Positions 33,107 to 42,774 are shown, counted from the first letter of the stretch. The stretch is DNA of 45,513 bases from Oscillospiraceae bacterium (GCA_031271665.1 JAISVI010000007.1:1-45513), one strand, 5' to 3'. A program made the numbers and translations. The notes: generated from the sequence alone by a model not told the origin.

Positions 33107-33190
33107 TTAGTCGCAGCAGCACATCAGGACGACTAAGATCAGCGCGATCCAAATAAGGTTGTCGCCGTTGAGAATCCCTTTCAGACACAT
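33107..33190 (-). CDS. candidate 27-aa Cys-rich hydrophobic micro-protein
   Basis: ATG is preceded by GAGGTGA with a 7-nt spacer. The peptide is MCLKGILNGDNLIWIALILVVLMCCCD: one TM helix and a terminal CCC cluster. It is followed by the hairpin at 33046-33073. It is not in the ORF track because it is too short. Confidence 0.4.
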   Translation of the reverse strand: MCLKGILNGDNLIWIALILVVLMCCCD

Positions 33191-33421
33191 GTGAATGTCA
33201 CCTCGCATATAGATTTGACGCCCGGCCGCGTCGCGCAGCCTAACATCTGCCGTATCCTATGCAAGGTGGAACAGATTGGTTACTGAAACGGAAGAAGAGC
33301 GCCCCGCCCGATGTCAAAATACCCGCCGACTGCGGTCGGCATCCTCTTTTCTAAAGAGGGTGTAGAGCGCGACGCACTCGGCGCGCCATCTGAACCACGG
33401 GCAGGAAGGAGAACGCGGATT

Positions 33422-34834
33422 ATGCCGGATACGCCGGAAAAAAGACCGTCGGAGTTCACGCGCAAAGGAATAGAATTTAATCCGCCCGCTTCCCCTGCGG
33501 CAAAGCGCCCGGAGGGGCGGACGGAAAGCGCTGCCGCGCCCAAACCGCCTGTGCCAAGGCAGACGGTATCCAAGCCGTCCGCGCCAAGGCAGCCGGTATC
33601 CAAGCCGCCCGCGCGGCGTTCGGTGCTTCCAAAGGGGTTTTTACAGTCGCCGGCAACGAAAAGCGCCAAGCCCGCAACCCCCCCCTTGCCCGAGTCACAG
33701 GCAGATATCGCGGAAACACCCGCGCCCGCAACGGCGGGCGGGAAGGCGGCGCAGAAACCCCCGCGCGTTGTGATGCGTCGCAGACCGCGTTCGTTCGTGG
33801 GTTTTATGGTGGGCATTGTTTATGTAATCGGTGTGCTTGTCGTTTCTTTTGTGCTTGGCTCTAATTTATGGGCATACGCGCGGGATATACTGGCCATCCA
33901 GAAAACGCCCGTGTCCGCCACGATTGAGTACACGCCGGATATGACCATTGACGATCTGGCCGTTCTTCTGAAGGAGAAAGGGCTTATCGAGTATGACTGG
34001 CTTTTTAAGCTTTACTGCGGCTTTTCCGACGCCGAGGCGAAAATGGCGCCGGGTAAATACGACCTTGTGTCAACGGATTACCGCGCGCTTGTGTACTCGA
34101 TAAACGAGCGCTCGGAGTTCCGAACCCCCATCATGGTGACGCTGCGCGAGGGGCTTACAGCAGCCCAGATGTTTGACCTGCTCGCGGAGAATGAAGTTGC
34201 CGACGTTGAAGAGCTTGAAGAGGCCGCCGCAACCACAAACTGGCGGTATGGCTATTTGAAGAACTTCTCCGCCGTTCCGGGGAGGGTGGAAGGGTATCTC
34301 TTCCCGAACACCTATGAGTTTCTCGTAAACGAGTCGCCCGTCGCCGTCCTTCAGAAAATGGTCGTCGAGTTCGACAATAGATTTACCGCCGATATGCGAA
34401 GGCGCGCGGACACTATGGGCTATACCATGCACGAAATACTGACGGTGGCGTCAATGATCGAGCAAGAGTCCGGCGCGGACATGGAAGAGCGCAGGAATAT
34501 CGCGTCGGTTATCTATAACCGCCTTGAAAACCGCCAGGGGAGGTGGGAAACGCGCCTTCTGCAAATTGACGCCACCCTGCTTTATTACATGGAGGGGCGG
34601 CGCGAAATCACCCAAGAGGACATGGAGACGGACAATCCCTATAATACCTATATCCACCCCGGACTGCCGCCCGGCCCTATTTGCAACCCGGGGATAGACT
34701 CTATAAACGCGGCGCTTCGTCCCAATTCCACAAACTACTTCTACTACCTTCTTAACGACGAAAATGAAACGGAGTTCTTCACCAACTACAACGACTTCTT
34801 AGAGGCACGGCAGAGTTATGACAGATATGACTAA
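33422..34834 (+). CDS. mltG: endolytic murein transglycosylase (YceG/MltG) with a long Pro-rich N-terminal region
   Basis: ASMIEQE, IASVIYNRL, LQIDATLLY and NTYIHPGLPPGPICNPG are MltG signatures. The ATG at 33422 follows GGAAGGAG. The ORF is open from 33311. The N-terminal region contains a near-tandem PRQ(T/P)VSKP(S/P)A repeat. Confidence 0.9.
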   Translation: MPDTPEKRPSEFTRKGIEFNPPASPAAKRPEGRTESAAAPKPPVPRQTVSKPSAPRQPVSKPPARRSVLPKGFLQSPATKSAKPATPPLPESQADIAETPAPATAGGKAAQKPPRVVMRRRPRSFVGFMVGIVYVIGVLVVSFVLGSNLWAYARDILAIQKTPVSATIEYTPDMTIDDLAVLLKEKGLIEYDWLFKLYCGFSDAEAKMAPGKYDLVSTDYRALVYSINERSEFRTPIMVTLREGLTAAQMFDLLAENEVADVEELEEAAATTNWRYGYLKNFSAVPGRVEGYLFPNTYEFLVNESPVAVLQKMVVEFDNRFTADMRRRADTMGYTMHEILTVASMIEQESGADMEERRNIASVIYNRLENRQGRWETRLLQIDATLLYYMEGRREITQEDMETDNPYNTYIHPGLPPGPICNPGIDSINAALRPNSTNYFYYLLNDENETEFFTNYNDFLEARQSYDRYD

Positions 34835-34867
34835 CGCTGCCTCTCGGCGTTTCTTGGGTGTGAATGT

Positions 34868-35260
34868 ATGATGAATAAATCCGCGTATTGGCTTGATTTG
34901 GCAGAATATGATCTTTCCGCCGCCGCAGTTATGCTGAACGGCAAGAGATTTATTTATGTCGGATTTATGTGCCACCAGACGATCGAGAAGGCGCTTAAAG
35001 CGGTAATTGCCCGCGACTGTAAGGAAGATGAGAGTCCCCCGAAAACACATGATTTATCAAAGCTTGCCATCGCGGCAGGGCTTATAGATGTCATGTCGGA
35101 GGAGCAGATAAAATTTCTTGAGTATCTTAATCCGCTTAACATAGAAGCCCGTTACCCGGAATTCAGACAGCGGCTTCTGTCGGTGCTTTCGGTTGAAAGA
35201 TGCAGGCGAATTATGGCGGAAACGGAGGATTTGCTGTGTTGGATAAAGAATCGGTTATAA
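34868..35260 (+). CDS. HEPN domain protein (partner of the adjacent minimal nucleotidyltransferase)
   Basis: 130 aa. AEYDLSAAAVMLNGKRFIYVGFMCHQTIEKALKAVI...THDLSKL is the HEPN pattern. Confidence 0.85.
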   Translation: MMNKSAYWLDLAEYDLSAAAVMLNGKRFIYVGFMCHQTIEKALKAVIARDCKEDESPPKTHDLSKLAIAAGLIDVMSEEQIKFLEYLNPLNIEARYPEFRQRLLSVLSVERCRRIMAETEDLLCWIKNRL

Positions 35261-35550
35261 AAACCGTGGAGTTATACGCCGAGGCTGTGAGAAAAGAGTT
35301 TTCTCCCGAATCTATTGTCCTTTACGGCTCTTACGCAAAAGGGTCGGCGGGAGATAACAGCGACATAGACGTGGCAGTTATTTTCAACGGCTTTTCCGGT
35401 GATTGGTTAGAGGCTTCTTCAAGGCTTTGGCGGCTGCGCCATGGGGTAAGCCTTGATATTGAGCCGATACTGCTTGACAGCAGTGACGATAAAAGCGGTT
35501 TTGTTCAAAATGTATATAAAACCGGCCAGATTATTTATGCTATAAACTAG
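35236..35550 (+). CDS. minimal nucleotidyltransferase (MNT) domain protein
   Basis: The GTG start follows GGAGGA. IVLYGSYAKGSAGDNSDIDVAVIF is the pol-beta NTase G[SG]..(D/E)xD motif. It overlaps the HEPN gene by 25 nt. Confidence 0.85.
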   Translation: MLDKESVIKTVELYAEAVRKEFSPESIVLYGSYAKGSAGDNSDIDVAVIFNGFSGDWLEASSRLWRLRHGVSLDIEPILLDSSDDKSGFVQNVYKTGQIIYAIN

Positions 35551-35563
35551 GAGGAAGCCCCCC

Positions 35564-38176
35564 ATGCAAAACCTTGGACTTAACGAAATCCGCGAAAAAT
35601 ACCTGTCCTTTTTTGAAAGCAAGGATCACCTGCGTATGCCAAGCTTTTCGCTTATCCCGGAAAGCGACGCGTCGCTGCTTCTGATAAACTCCGGCATGGC
35701 GCCGCTTAAACCGTACTTTTCGGGACAGGCCGTCCCCCCGGCGAAGCGTGTGACCACATGCCAGAAATGTGTGCGCGTTATAGATATAGACCGCGTGGGA
35801 AAGACCGACCGCCACTGTACTTTTTTCGAGATGCTTGGCCATTTCTCATTCGGGGACTACTTCAAAAGAGAGGCCATCGCCTGGACATGGGAGTTTTTTA
35901 CGAAGGTGATGGGGATTGACCCGGCGAAGCTTTACTGCTCGGTCTATATAGAGGACGACGAGGCTTGGGACATCTGGACGAAGGAGATCGGCGTCCCGGA
36001 GTCGCATATGGTGCGCCTTGGCAAAGAGGATAACTTTTGGGACATCGGCTCCGGCCCGTGCGGCCCGTGTTCGGAGATATACTTTGACCGCGGCCCGGAA
36101 AACGGCTGCGGGAAGCCGGACTGCGCCCCGGGCTGTGACTGCGACAGGTTTGTAGAGGTCGGCAACAATGTCTTCACGCAGTTTAACAACGACGGCGCGG
36201 GCAACTATACCCCGCTTGCGCAAAAGAACATCGACTTCGGCATGGGGCTGGAGCGCCTTGCCTGCGTGGTACAGGGCGTTGCGAACGTGTTCGAGGTGGA
36301 TTCCATAACGCGCATACGCCGCCAGGTAAGCGCGCTCTCCGGCGTGGAGTACGGCAGTTCCGCGCGCAGCGACGTGTCCTTGCGCATTGTAACCGACCAT
36401 ATCCGCTCGACCACGATGCTTGTGTGCGACGGTGTGCTTCCAAGCAACGAGGGGCGCGGCTATGTCCTGCGCCGTCTGCTTCGCCGCGCGGCGCGCCACG
36501 GGCGGCTTTTGGGGATAAAGGAACCCTTTCTTGCAAAGCTTTGCCAAACCGTTATAGAGGAAAGCGGCGGGGCGTATCCCGACTTGGTGCGTAAGCGCGA
36601 CTTTATAACGCGCGTAATCGGACACGAGGAAGAGAAATTCTCGCTTACAATCGACGCGGGAAGCCGCCTGCTTGCCGAGGAAATCGGGCGCACGGTTGAA
36701 TCCGTGGCAAGCGTGCTTGACGGCGCGACTGCGTTTAAGCTTTACGACACCTTCGGCTTCCCGCTTGAGCTTACGCTGGAGGTGCTTTCCGAAAACGGCC
36801 TTACCCTTGACCAAGGCGGCTTTGACAGCCAGATGAAAGCCCAGCGCGAACGCGCGCGCAGCGCCCGCGCGGCATTGGGCGATATGTCCTGGCAAAGTCT
36901 TGACCTTGGGATTGACAAAGAGAAGAAAACCCTCTTCACCGGCTATGCGCCCCGCCCCGAAAAGGCCGAGGTGTGGGCCGCGATAGCGGACGGAAATAAC
37001 CTTACGGTGGTGCTTGACAAAACGCCGTTTTACGCCGAGAGCGGCGGTCAGACCGCCGACCGCGGGCGTATCTATAACGACATGTTTGAAATGCGCGTCA
37101 CGGACGTGCGCAAAACCGGGGACGGCAAATACCTTCACATCGGGGAAGCCCTGTCGGGCGAGATTTCCGCCGGGGACAGCGTGACCGCCGAGATAGATAT
37201 TTCCCGCCGCGCGGCGACCGCCCGCGCCCACAGCGCCACGCACCTTCTTCAAAAGGCGCTGCGCGACGTCCTTGGAAACCATGTCGAACAGGCGGGCTCG
37301 CTTGTCGAGCCGGATAACCTCAGGTTTGACTTCACCCATTTCTCGGCGCTTACCGCCGAGGAAATCGCGCGGGTCAACCGCATCGTCAACGAAAAAATAC
37401 TTGCCGGGCTTGACGTTACAGTCCGCGAAATGCGCCTTGAAGAGGCAAAGGAGCAGGGCGCGACTGCGCTTTTCGGCGAGAAATACGGCGAAACCGTGCG
37501 CACCGTGCGCATGGGCGACTATTCCTTCGAGCTTTGCGGCGGTACGCACCTTGTAAACACGGCGCTTGCCGGCGCGTTCCACTTCAGAAGCGAGGCGTCG
37601 GTCGCCTCCGGCGTACGCCGAATCGAGGCCGTGACTGGCTTTGCGCTTTTAGAGAAGCTGGAGGACGCGCAGCGCGCGCTGCACCTTGCCGCCGAGACGC
37701 TTAAAACCTCGCCCTCGGAGCTGGAGGCGCGGTTGGAGGCGCATGTCAACGCGGCCAAGGACGTTCAGAGAGAACTTATGAAATATAAGGCCGTTGCCGC
37801 GCGCGCGGAGGCGGACCGTACAGCCGCCGCGCCGCGCGCCGTGAATGGCGTAAGCGTCGTGACGGGGGCGTCGGCGGACTGGGACGCCGAGGCGCTTCGT
37901 ACTATGGGCGATTACCTGCGCGACAAGAACCCGGACATGGTGGCTGTTCTTGCGGCTTTGGACGGGGACAAAATAACGTTTCTCGCCGTCTGCGGCGCGC
38001 GGGCGCTTTCCAAGGGCGCGCATGCGGGCAACATTATAAAAGCCGTCTCGAAGGCGTGCGGCGGTTCCGGCGGCGGCAAGCCCGACTCGGCTATGGGCGG
38101 CGGCAGGGACGCGAAGCTTCTTGAAAGCGCGCTTGCCCTTGTGGAAGGGCTTGTTGAACAGACGGTTAAAGCGTAG
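35564..38176 (+). CDS. alaS: alanine--tRNA ligase
   Basis: 870 aa. IREKYLSFFESKDHLRMPSFSLIP, FFEMLGHFSFGDYFK, the editing-domain HSATHLL..CGGTH motif and a C-terminal DHHA1-like GGGKPDSAMGGG. Confidence 0.97.
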   Translation: MQNLGLNEIREKYLSFFESKDHLRMPSFSLIPESDASLLLINSGMAPLKPYFSGQAVPPAKRVTTCQKCVRVIDIDRVGKTDRHCTFFEMLGHFSFGDYFKREAIAWTWEFFTKVMGIDPAKLYCSVYIEDDEAWDIWTKEIGVPESHMVRLGKEDNFWDIGSGPCGPCSEIYFDRGPENGCGKPDCAPGCDCDRFVEVGNNVFTQFNNDGAGNYTPLAQKNIDFGMGLERLACVVQGVANVFEVDSITRIRRQVSALSGVEYGSSARSDVSLRIVTDHIRSTTMLVCDGVLPSNEGRGYVLRRLLRRAARHGRLLGIKEPFLAKLCQTVIEESGGAYPDLVRKRDFITRVIGHEEEKFSLTIDAGSRLLAEEIGRTVESVASVLDGATAFKLYDTFGFPLELTLEVLSENGLTLDQGGFDSQMKAQRERARSARAALGDMSWQSLDLGIDKEKKTLFTGYAPRPEKAEVWAAIADGNNLTVVLDKTPFYAESGGQTADRGRIYNDMFEMRVTDVRKTGDGKYLHIGEALSGEISAGDSVTAEIDISRRAATARAHSATHLLQKALRDVLGNHVEQAGSLVEPDNLRFDFTHFSALTAEEIARVNRIVNEKILAGLDVTVREMRLEEAKEQGATALFGEKYGETVRTVRMGDYSFELCGGTHLVNTALAGAFHFRSEASVASGVRRIEAVTGFALLEKLEDAQRALHLAAETLKTSPSELEARLEAHVNAAKDVQRELMKYKAVAARAEADRTAAAPRAVNGVSVVTGASADWDAEALRTMGDYLRDKNPDMVAVLAALDGDKITFLAVCGARALSKGAHAGNIIKAVSKACGGSGGGKPDSAMGGGRDAKLLESALALVEGLVEQTVKA

Positions 38177-38181
38177 GAGGC

Positions 38182-38532
38182 ATGACGATGGACTGTATAT
38201 TCTGTGCCATTATCGCGGGGACGATCCCGTCGGCAAAGCTTTACGAGGACGAGAAAATGCTTGTGTTCCGCGACAATGCGCCGCAGGCGGTTTTCCACGC
38301 GCTTGCGGTTCCCAAGGCGCATATCGCCTCGGCGGCGGACATTGCTTCCGCAGAGGGCGGCGCGGAGATTGTGGGGCATATCTTCACCGTTATCTCGCAA
38401 AAATACGCCGAGTGGGGGCTTCAGGGCGGCTTCCGCGTAATCACAAACAGCGGGTCAAACGCCGCGCAGTCCGTCGGACATCTGCACTTTCACATTCTGG
38501 GCGGCCAACCGCTTCCCGCCAACTTGGCGTAA
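38182..38532 (+). CDS. HIT-family (Hint-like) nucleotide hydrolase
   Basis: 116 aa. CIFCAII...histidine triad HLHFHILGG. Confidence 0.9.
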   Translation: MTMDCIFCAIIAGTIPSAKLYEDEKMLVFRDNAPQAVFHALAVPKAHIASAADIASAEGGAEIVGHIFTVISQKYAEWGLQGGFRVITNSGSNAAQSVGHLHFHILGGQPLPANLA

Positions 38533-38550
38533 GAAGGGCGGGCGCATTGC

Positions 38551-38793
38551 CTACCTCTTTAACCACTCCTTTGCCTGCTCCCAAGTATCAAAGCGGTGAT
38601 ATTCGCTGTCGGCGGGCGGCTCTCCTGTCGGTTCGGCGATTATCTCATCAATCGGAAGCCTTCGTTGGATTACAGACTGTTTGAGAAACAAATTCACGGC
38701 GGCCGACATAGACAGACCCATACTTTTAAAAAGCTCGTCAGCTTCCTTGCGAACACGGGAGTCAATGCGGATGTTATATGTCGTATTAGCCAT
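38551..38793 (-). CDS. RelB/DinJ-family antitoxin-like protein, no adjacent toxin gene
   Basis: NIRIDSRVRKEADELFKSMGLSMSAAVNLFLKQSV is the DinJ ribbon-helix-helix signature. The ATG at 38793 follows GGAGGTG. It has a C-terminal extension of about 30 aa. Confidence 0.8.
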   Translation of the reverse strand: MANTTYNIRIDSRVRKEADELFKSMGLSMSAAVNLFLKQSVIQRRLPIDEIIAEPTGEPPADSEYHRFDTWEQAKEWLKR

Positions 38794-38941
38794 TTGATTC
38801 ACCTCCGGTTATATTGTAACATAGGCGCGAATCGCCGGTTCGCGAATGCGAAATGGTATATCTTTAAAAGATAATATCTGCTGCACGGATATTATATCGC
38901 AAATTCACCGCAAACGCAACACAAAAAAGGGGGCGGGCGCT

Positions 38942-39412
38942 TTGAATATACATGCCGGGACACAGCTTGCGCCGCGCGCCTTGCCGCCGCGCCCGGAAGC
39001 GCCGCGCTTCGCGCCGCCGCCCAAGACGCGGAAGCAGGAAAAGCCGCCCGACACGCTTAGGCCGGACAATAACGCCAAGCCCAAGGGGCTTTGCCAGACC
39101 TGCGCAAGCCGGAAGTATAAGGATCAGTCCGGCGACGCGGGCGTGTCCTTTAAGGGCGGCGCGAAGGCGGCACCCTCCATCGCAGCGAGCCTTGTTCACG
39201 CGCACGAAAAAGAGCATGTGGCAATCGCGGAGCAAAAGGGGCGCGAGACGGGCGCGAACGTCCAGACTAAGGTGCGCCTGCATGCCGGAATCTGCCCGGA
39301 GTGCAAGAAAGTTTACATATCCGGCGGCACAACCGAGGTTACCATATCAAAGCCAAGCAGCGCCGAACAGGACGGGCAGGGGAAGGGCGGCATTTTTGAC
39401 GCGGCGATATAG
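38942..39412 (+). CDS. SprA-related (putative metalloprotease-like) family protein
   Basis: CQTCASRKYKDQSGDAGVSFKGG...AHEKEHV...HAGICPECKKVYISGGTT matches my memory of the SprA-related family. The start is uncertain: either TTG at 38942 after GGGGG, or ATG at 38846. Confidence 0.65.
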   Translation: MNIHAGTQLAPRALPPRPEAPRFAPPPKTRKQEKPPDTLRPDNNAKPKGLCQTCASRKYKDQSGDAGVSFKGGAKAAPSIAASLVHAHEKEHVAIAEQKGRETGANVQTKVRLHAGICPECKKVYISGGTTEVTISKPSSAEQDGQGKGGIFDAAI

Positions 39413-39417
39413 AGTCT

Positions 39418-41454
39418 ATGCGAAAGTATGTTAAACGCGTCCTCTTTGCGCTTCTGGCGGCGCTTGTCTATATCGGTTGGCGAGCCGCTCACCACGCCTT
39501 ATTCCTGCGCGAGGCCTATGCCAAGGACGGCGAAACGCTTTACTGCGAGATAGAAATTTCATCATTCCCCCGCGAAAGCGCCTACGGCTTTATGTTCGAG
39601 GGGCGCGCGTTTGGCGTCACCGCGACCGTATACACCGACGCGGCCGCCGAGCTGAAGCCCGGCGACAGGGTAAGGGGCGAGTTCCGCTTTCGCGCGGGAT
39701 ACTCTTACGGAAGCCATCTTACCGCGTCGCAGCAGGGTGATTTGGAACGCGTCCCGGCGGAAGGCGTTCCCCTGCGGCACAGACCCGCGTACTGGGCGCA
39801 AAGCGTAAGGGAGCGGATTTACAGTCTGTTCCCGCCCGAACAGGCCGCGTTTATAAACGGTCTTTTGACCGGGGACAAGTCCGGTTTCACCGTTAAAACT
39901 ACGGATAACCTGTTCCGCGCGGGTATGAGCCATGTGGCGGCGGTATCGGGTCTGCACATCTCGATGCTTGCGGGGTTCGCGGCGCTTTTCTTCCGGAAGC
40001 GCTGGCTTTCGCTTATTTTCTGCATTCCGTTGATTTTCTTATATACGGCCATTGCCGGATTCCCGCTTTCTGCGATACGCGCGGGTCTTATGTATGCGCT
40101 TTTGCTTCTTGCCCCGGTGCTTATGCGGGAATACAAGTCCATAAACGCGCTGTGCGCCGCCGCGGCGATAATATTGACAGCAGAGCCGTACGCCTTGCAT
40201 GACGTGAGGTTTTTGCTTTCGGTATCCTCCACGCTTGGGATTGTGCTGTTCGCGGGTAAGCTTGGGGCTTTGTTTCTGGCAAAGTGCGAAAAGGCGCGCA
40301 TTATCCGCCGCCTTCCCGCCGGGGTAAGGCGGGCGGGCTGCCTGGCGCTTGCGTCCTCGCTTGCCGCAATGGTATTCTCTACGCCCATAGCGGCGCTTGA
40401 GTTCGACGGTATATCGGTTATCGCTCCGTTTTGCAACGCGCTTCTGCTTTGGGCCGTAACGGCCATATTTATTCTCTCCGCCGCGGCGCTTGGGCTGTCG
40501 GCGGTCTACTGGCCGCTTGGGTACTACGCGGCCTTTCCGGCGCGGTGGATTCTCGCGTTCTTCCTGGGGGCGGTTGACCTTGCGGCGCGTATCCCGTTTG
40601 CGGCGGTCTATACGCGCAATGTCCTTTTTGCCGCGTGGCTTGTCTTTCTGTACGCCTGTCTGCTTACGGGGATTATGCGCAAATCCTGGAAACAGCCCGC
40701 CGCGTTCGCGCTTTCCGCCTTTGTGCTTATGCTTGCGCTTTCGCGGTGGCGAGAAGGGCGGTGGGGGCTTACGGTAAGCGTCCTTGACGTGGGGCAGGGG
40801 CAGTGCGTGATAGTGCGCTCGCAGGGGGAAACCGCCGTTATCGACTGCGGCGGAAGCGCGGGCGCGGGGCGCGCGGCATACGGTTTTCTCCGCGCGGAGG
40901 GCGAGACGGAGATAGATTTTCTTCTGCTTACCCACGCGCACGAGGATCATACAAACGGCGTTGACGAGCTTAATTTGCTTATGCCCGCCGGAAGCACGTT
41001 CCTTCCCGCTACGCAGGAGATTTTGTCCGCGCCGCCGGACTTCGCGTTCTCCGCCGTGCGTGAACCGGAAGAACTTACGCTTGGCAAGGCTAGGATAAGC
41101 CTTATCCCCGCGCAGTGGATGCCGGGAATGAACGAGCAGTGCATGGCGGTCATAGTGGAGTACGACGGTTTTTCCTTTGTGACGACCGGGGATATGGACG
41201 CGGCTTCCGAGCGCTGGCTTCTCCGCGCGGCACAGTTCCCAAGCGGAGGGGTGCTGCTTGCCGGACATCACGGCTCGAACACTTCCGGCTCGGAGGAGTT
41301 TCTGGCGGCGCTTACGCCCAAGACCGTGATGGTGTCCGTCGGGCGCAACACGTACGGACACCCTTCGCCGGAGGCGATGCGCAGATTTGAGGACATCGGC
41401 GCGCAGGTATATGACACGCGCACATACGGGGATATAACGGTACACGTACCGTAG
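39418..41454 (+). CDS. comEC: DNA internalization competence protein ComEC/Rec2 with metallo-beta-lactamase domain
   Basis: 678 aa. A polytopic competence domain (FRAGMSHVAAVSGLHISML) is followed by a C-terminal MBL fold (LTHAHEDHTNG..GHHGS). Confidence 0.9.
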   Translation: MRKYVKRVLFALLAALVYIGWRAAHHALFLREAYAKDGETLYCEIEISSFPRESAYGFMFEGRAFGVTATVYTDAAAELKPGDRVRGEFRFRAGYSYGSHLTASQQGDLERVPAEGVPLRHRPAYWAQSVRERIYSLFPPEQAAFINGLLTGDKSGFTVKTTDNLFRAGMSHVAAVSGLHISMLAGFAALFFRKRWLSLIFCIPLIFLYTAIAGFPLSAIRAGLMYALLLLAPVLMREYKSINALCAAAAIILTAEPYALHDVRFLLSVSSTLGIVLFAGKLGALFLAKCEKARIIRRLPAGVRRAGCLALASSLAAMVFSTPIAALEFDGISVIAPFCNALLLWAVTAIFILSAAALGLSAVYWPLGYYAAFPARWILAFFLGAVDLAARIPFAAVYTRNVLFAAWLVFLYACLLTGIMRKSWKQPAAFALSAFVLMLALSRWREGRWGLTVSVLDVGQGQCVIVRSQGETAVIDCGGSAGAGRAAYGFLRAEGETEIDFLLLTHAHEDHTNGVDELNLLMPAGSTFLPATQEILSAPPDFAFSAVREPEELTLGKARISLIPAQWMPGMNEQCMAVIVEYDGFSFVTTGDMDAASERWLLRAAQFPSGGVLLAGHHGSNTSGSEEFLAALTPKTVMVSVGRNTYGHPSPEAMRRFEDIGAQVYDTRTYGDITVHVP

Positions 41455-41464
41455 AGGTTTATTT

Positions 41465-42082
41465 ATGAGCATAATAGATATTTCGCATACTCTGGGAAAC
41501 GAAACGCCGGTCTATCCGGGCGACATTCCACTGTCGCTTGCAAAGCACAGGGCGTTTGAGGCGGACGGGCATACATCTTACCTGCTGAAATCCGGCCTGC
41601 ATACGGGTACGCATGTCGATATGCCGATGCATATGACGGGCGATTTAAGAACCTGCCGCGACTTTCCGGCGCAATGCTTTGCCGGGCGCGGCGTGCTGCT
41701 TGACGCGCGCGGCGAAGAAATCATCTCCATGAAGCCCTTTTACCGGGATGCCGTCACGCGGGACGATATAGTGCTTTTGTATACGGGTTTCGACGCGAAA
41801 TACGGCGAAGAGGAATATTTTACAAAGCACCCGGCAGTAAGTAAAGAGCTTTATGACTTTCTGATTTCCCGCGGAATCAGGATGCTGGGGATAGACATGC
41901 CGGGCCCCGATTTCGCGCCGTTTGAGTGCCACAGGGCGCTTTTGTCAAACGGGATTTTTATACTTGAAAATTTGTGCGGCCTTGGGGCGATGCTTGGAAA
42001 AGAAAGCTTTGAAGTGTTCGCGCTGCCGCTTAAAATACAGGCCGAGGCCAGTTTTGTAAGGGCGGTTTGCACAGTCGCGTAG
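41465..42082 (+). CDS. cyclase-family protein (kynurenine formamidase-like)
   Basis: 205 aa. IDISH.....PVYPGD and HTGTHVDMPMH are motifs of the putative cyclase/arylformamidase family. Confidence 0.85.
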   Translation: MSIIDISHTLGNETPVYPGDIPLSLAKHRAFEADGHTSYLLKSGLHTGTHVDMPMHMTGDLRTCRDFPAQCFAGRGVLLDARGEEIISMKPFYRDAVTRDDIVLLYTGFDAKYGEEEYFTKHPAVSKELYDFLISRGIRMLGIDMPGPDFAPFECHRALLSNGIFILENLCGLGAMLGKESFEVFALPLKIQAEASFVRAVCTVA

Positions 42083-42121
42083 AGCGCCGGAGAGCGTCGC
42101 GGGGTACTGCCATTATTTGTA

Positions 42122-42150
42122 TTGCATGTCCAACCGAGACGTGCTAATAT
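42122..42150 (+). promoter_or_regulatory. sigma-A-type promoter candidate for pduL-glgB-glgC
   Basis: TTGCAT (42122-42127), a 17-nt spacer, then TAATAT (42145-42150). It lies about 40 nt upstream of the pduL start. Confidence 0.45.
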
Positions 42151-42192
42151 ATAGGCGCGGAATGATATCTTAATTAAGAACGGGGTGGTCTT

Positions 42193-42765
42193 GTGGACGG
42201 CACAATACTTATAGAGGGGTCCGCGCGCCATGTGCATGTGACGCAGGCGGATCTGGAAACGCTTTTCGGCGCGGGTTACGCGCTTACCGTCAAGCGGATG
42301 CTAAGCCAGCCGGGCGAGTTTTTAAGCGAGGAAAAACTGCGTGTCGAGGGGCCGCGCGGCGCCATTGACCGCGTTTCAATCCTTGGACCCGTGCGCAAGG
42401 CGACACAGGCCGAGATTTCCATGACAGACGCGCGCTCGCTTGGCTTGGAAGCGCCGGTGCGCGAAAGCGGCGACGTCGCGGGCAGCGCCCCCGTTAAGCT
42501 TATCGGTCCGGCGGGCGAGCTTTCGCTTCCCCAAGGCGCGATTGTCGCAAAGCGCCACATCCATCTGCGCCCCTCGGACGCGCAGGAGCTTGGCGTTACC
42601 AACAGACAGCTTGTAAGCGTAAAGCTGCCCGGGGAACGCGCCCTTACGTTTCACGAGGTGGTGGTGCGCGTGCATGAAAACTTTATGCCCGCCATGCATA
42701 TAGATTTTGACGAGATGAACGCCGCCGGACTGTCGGGTGAAACATACGGCACGATAATCAGATAG
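42193..42765 (+). CDS. pduL: phosphate propanoyltransferase (PduL family)
   Basis: 190 aa with two PduL repeats: SARHVHVTQADLETLFG and AKRHIHLRPSDAQELGV. Confidence 0.85.
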   Translation: MDGTILIEGSARHVHVTQADLETLFGAGYALTVKRMLSQPGEFLSEEKLRVEGPRGAIDRVSILGPVRKATQAEISMTDARSLGLEAPVRESGDVAGSAPVKLIGPAGELSLPQGAIVAKRHIHLRPSDAQELGVTNRQLVSVKLPGERALTFHEVVVRVHENFMPAMHIDFDEMNAAGLSGETYGTIIR

Positions 42766-42774
42766 GAGCGTCTT

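Noticed and set aside
33280-33816. 178-aa minus-strand ORF
   Set aside because: It is antisense to the Pro-rich N-terminal region of mltG. It has low complexity, no RBS and no motif.
35846-37582. 578-aa minus-strand ORF
   Set aside because: It lies entirely antisense to alaS, which carries unmistakable AlaRS motifs. Its Arg/Ala/Gly-rich composition is typical of spurious antisense ORFs in GC-rich DNA.
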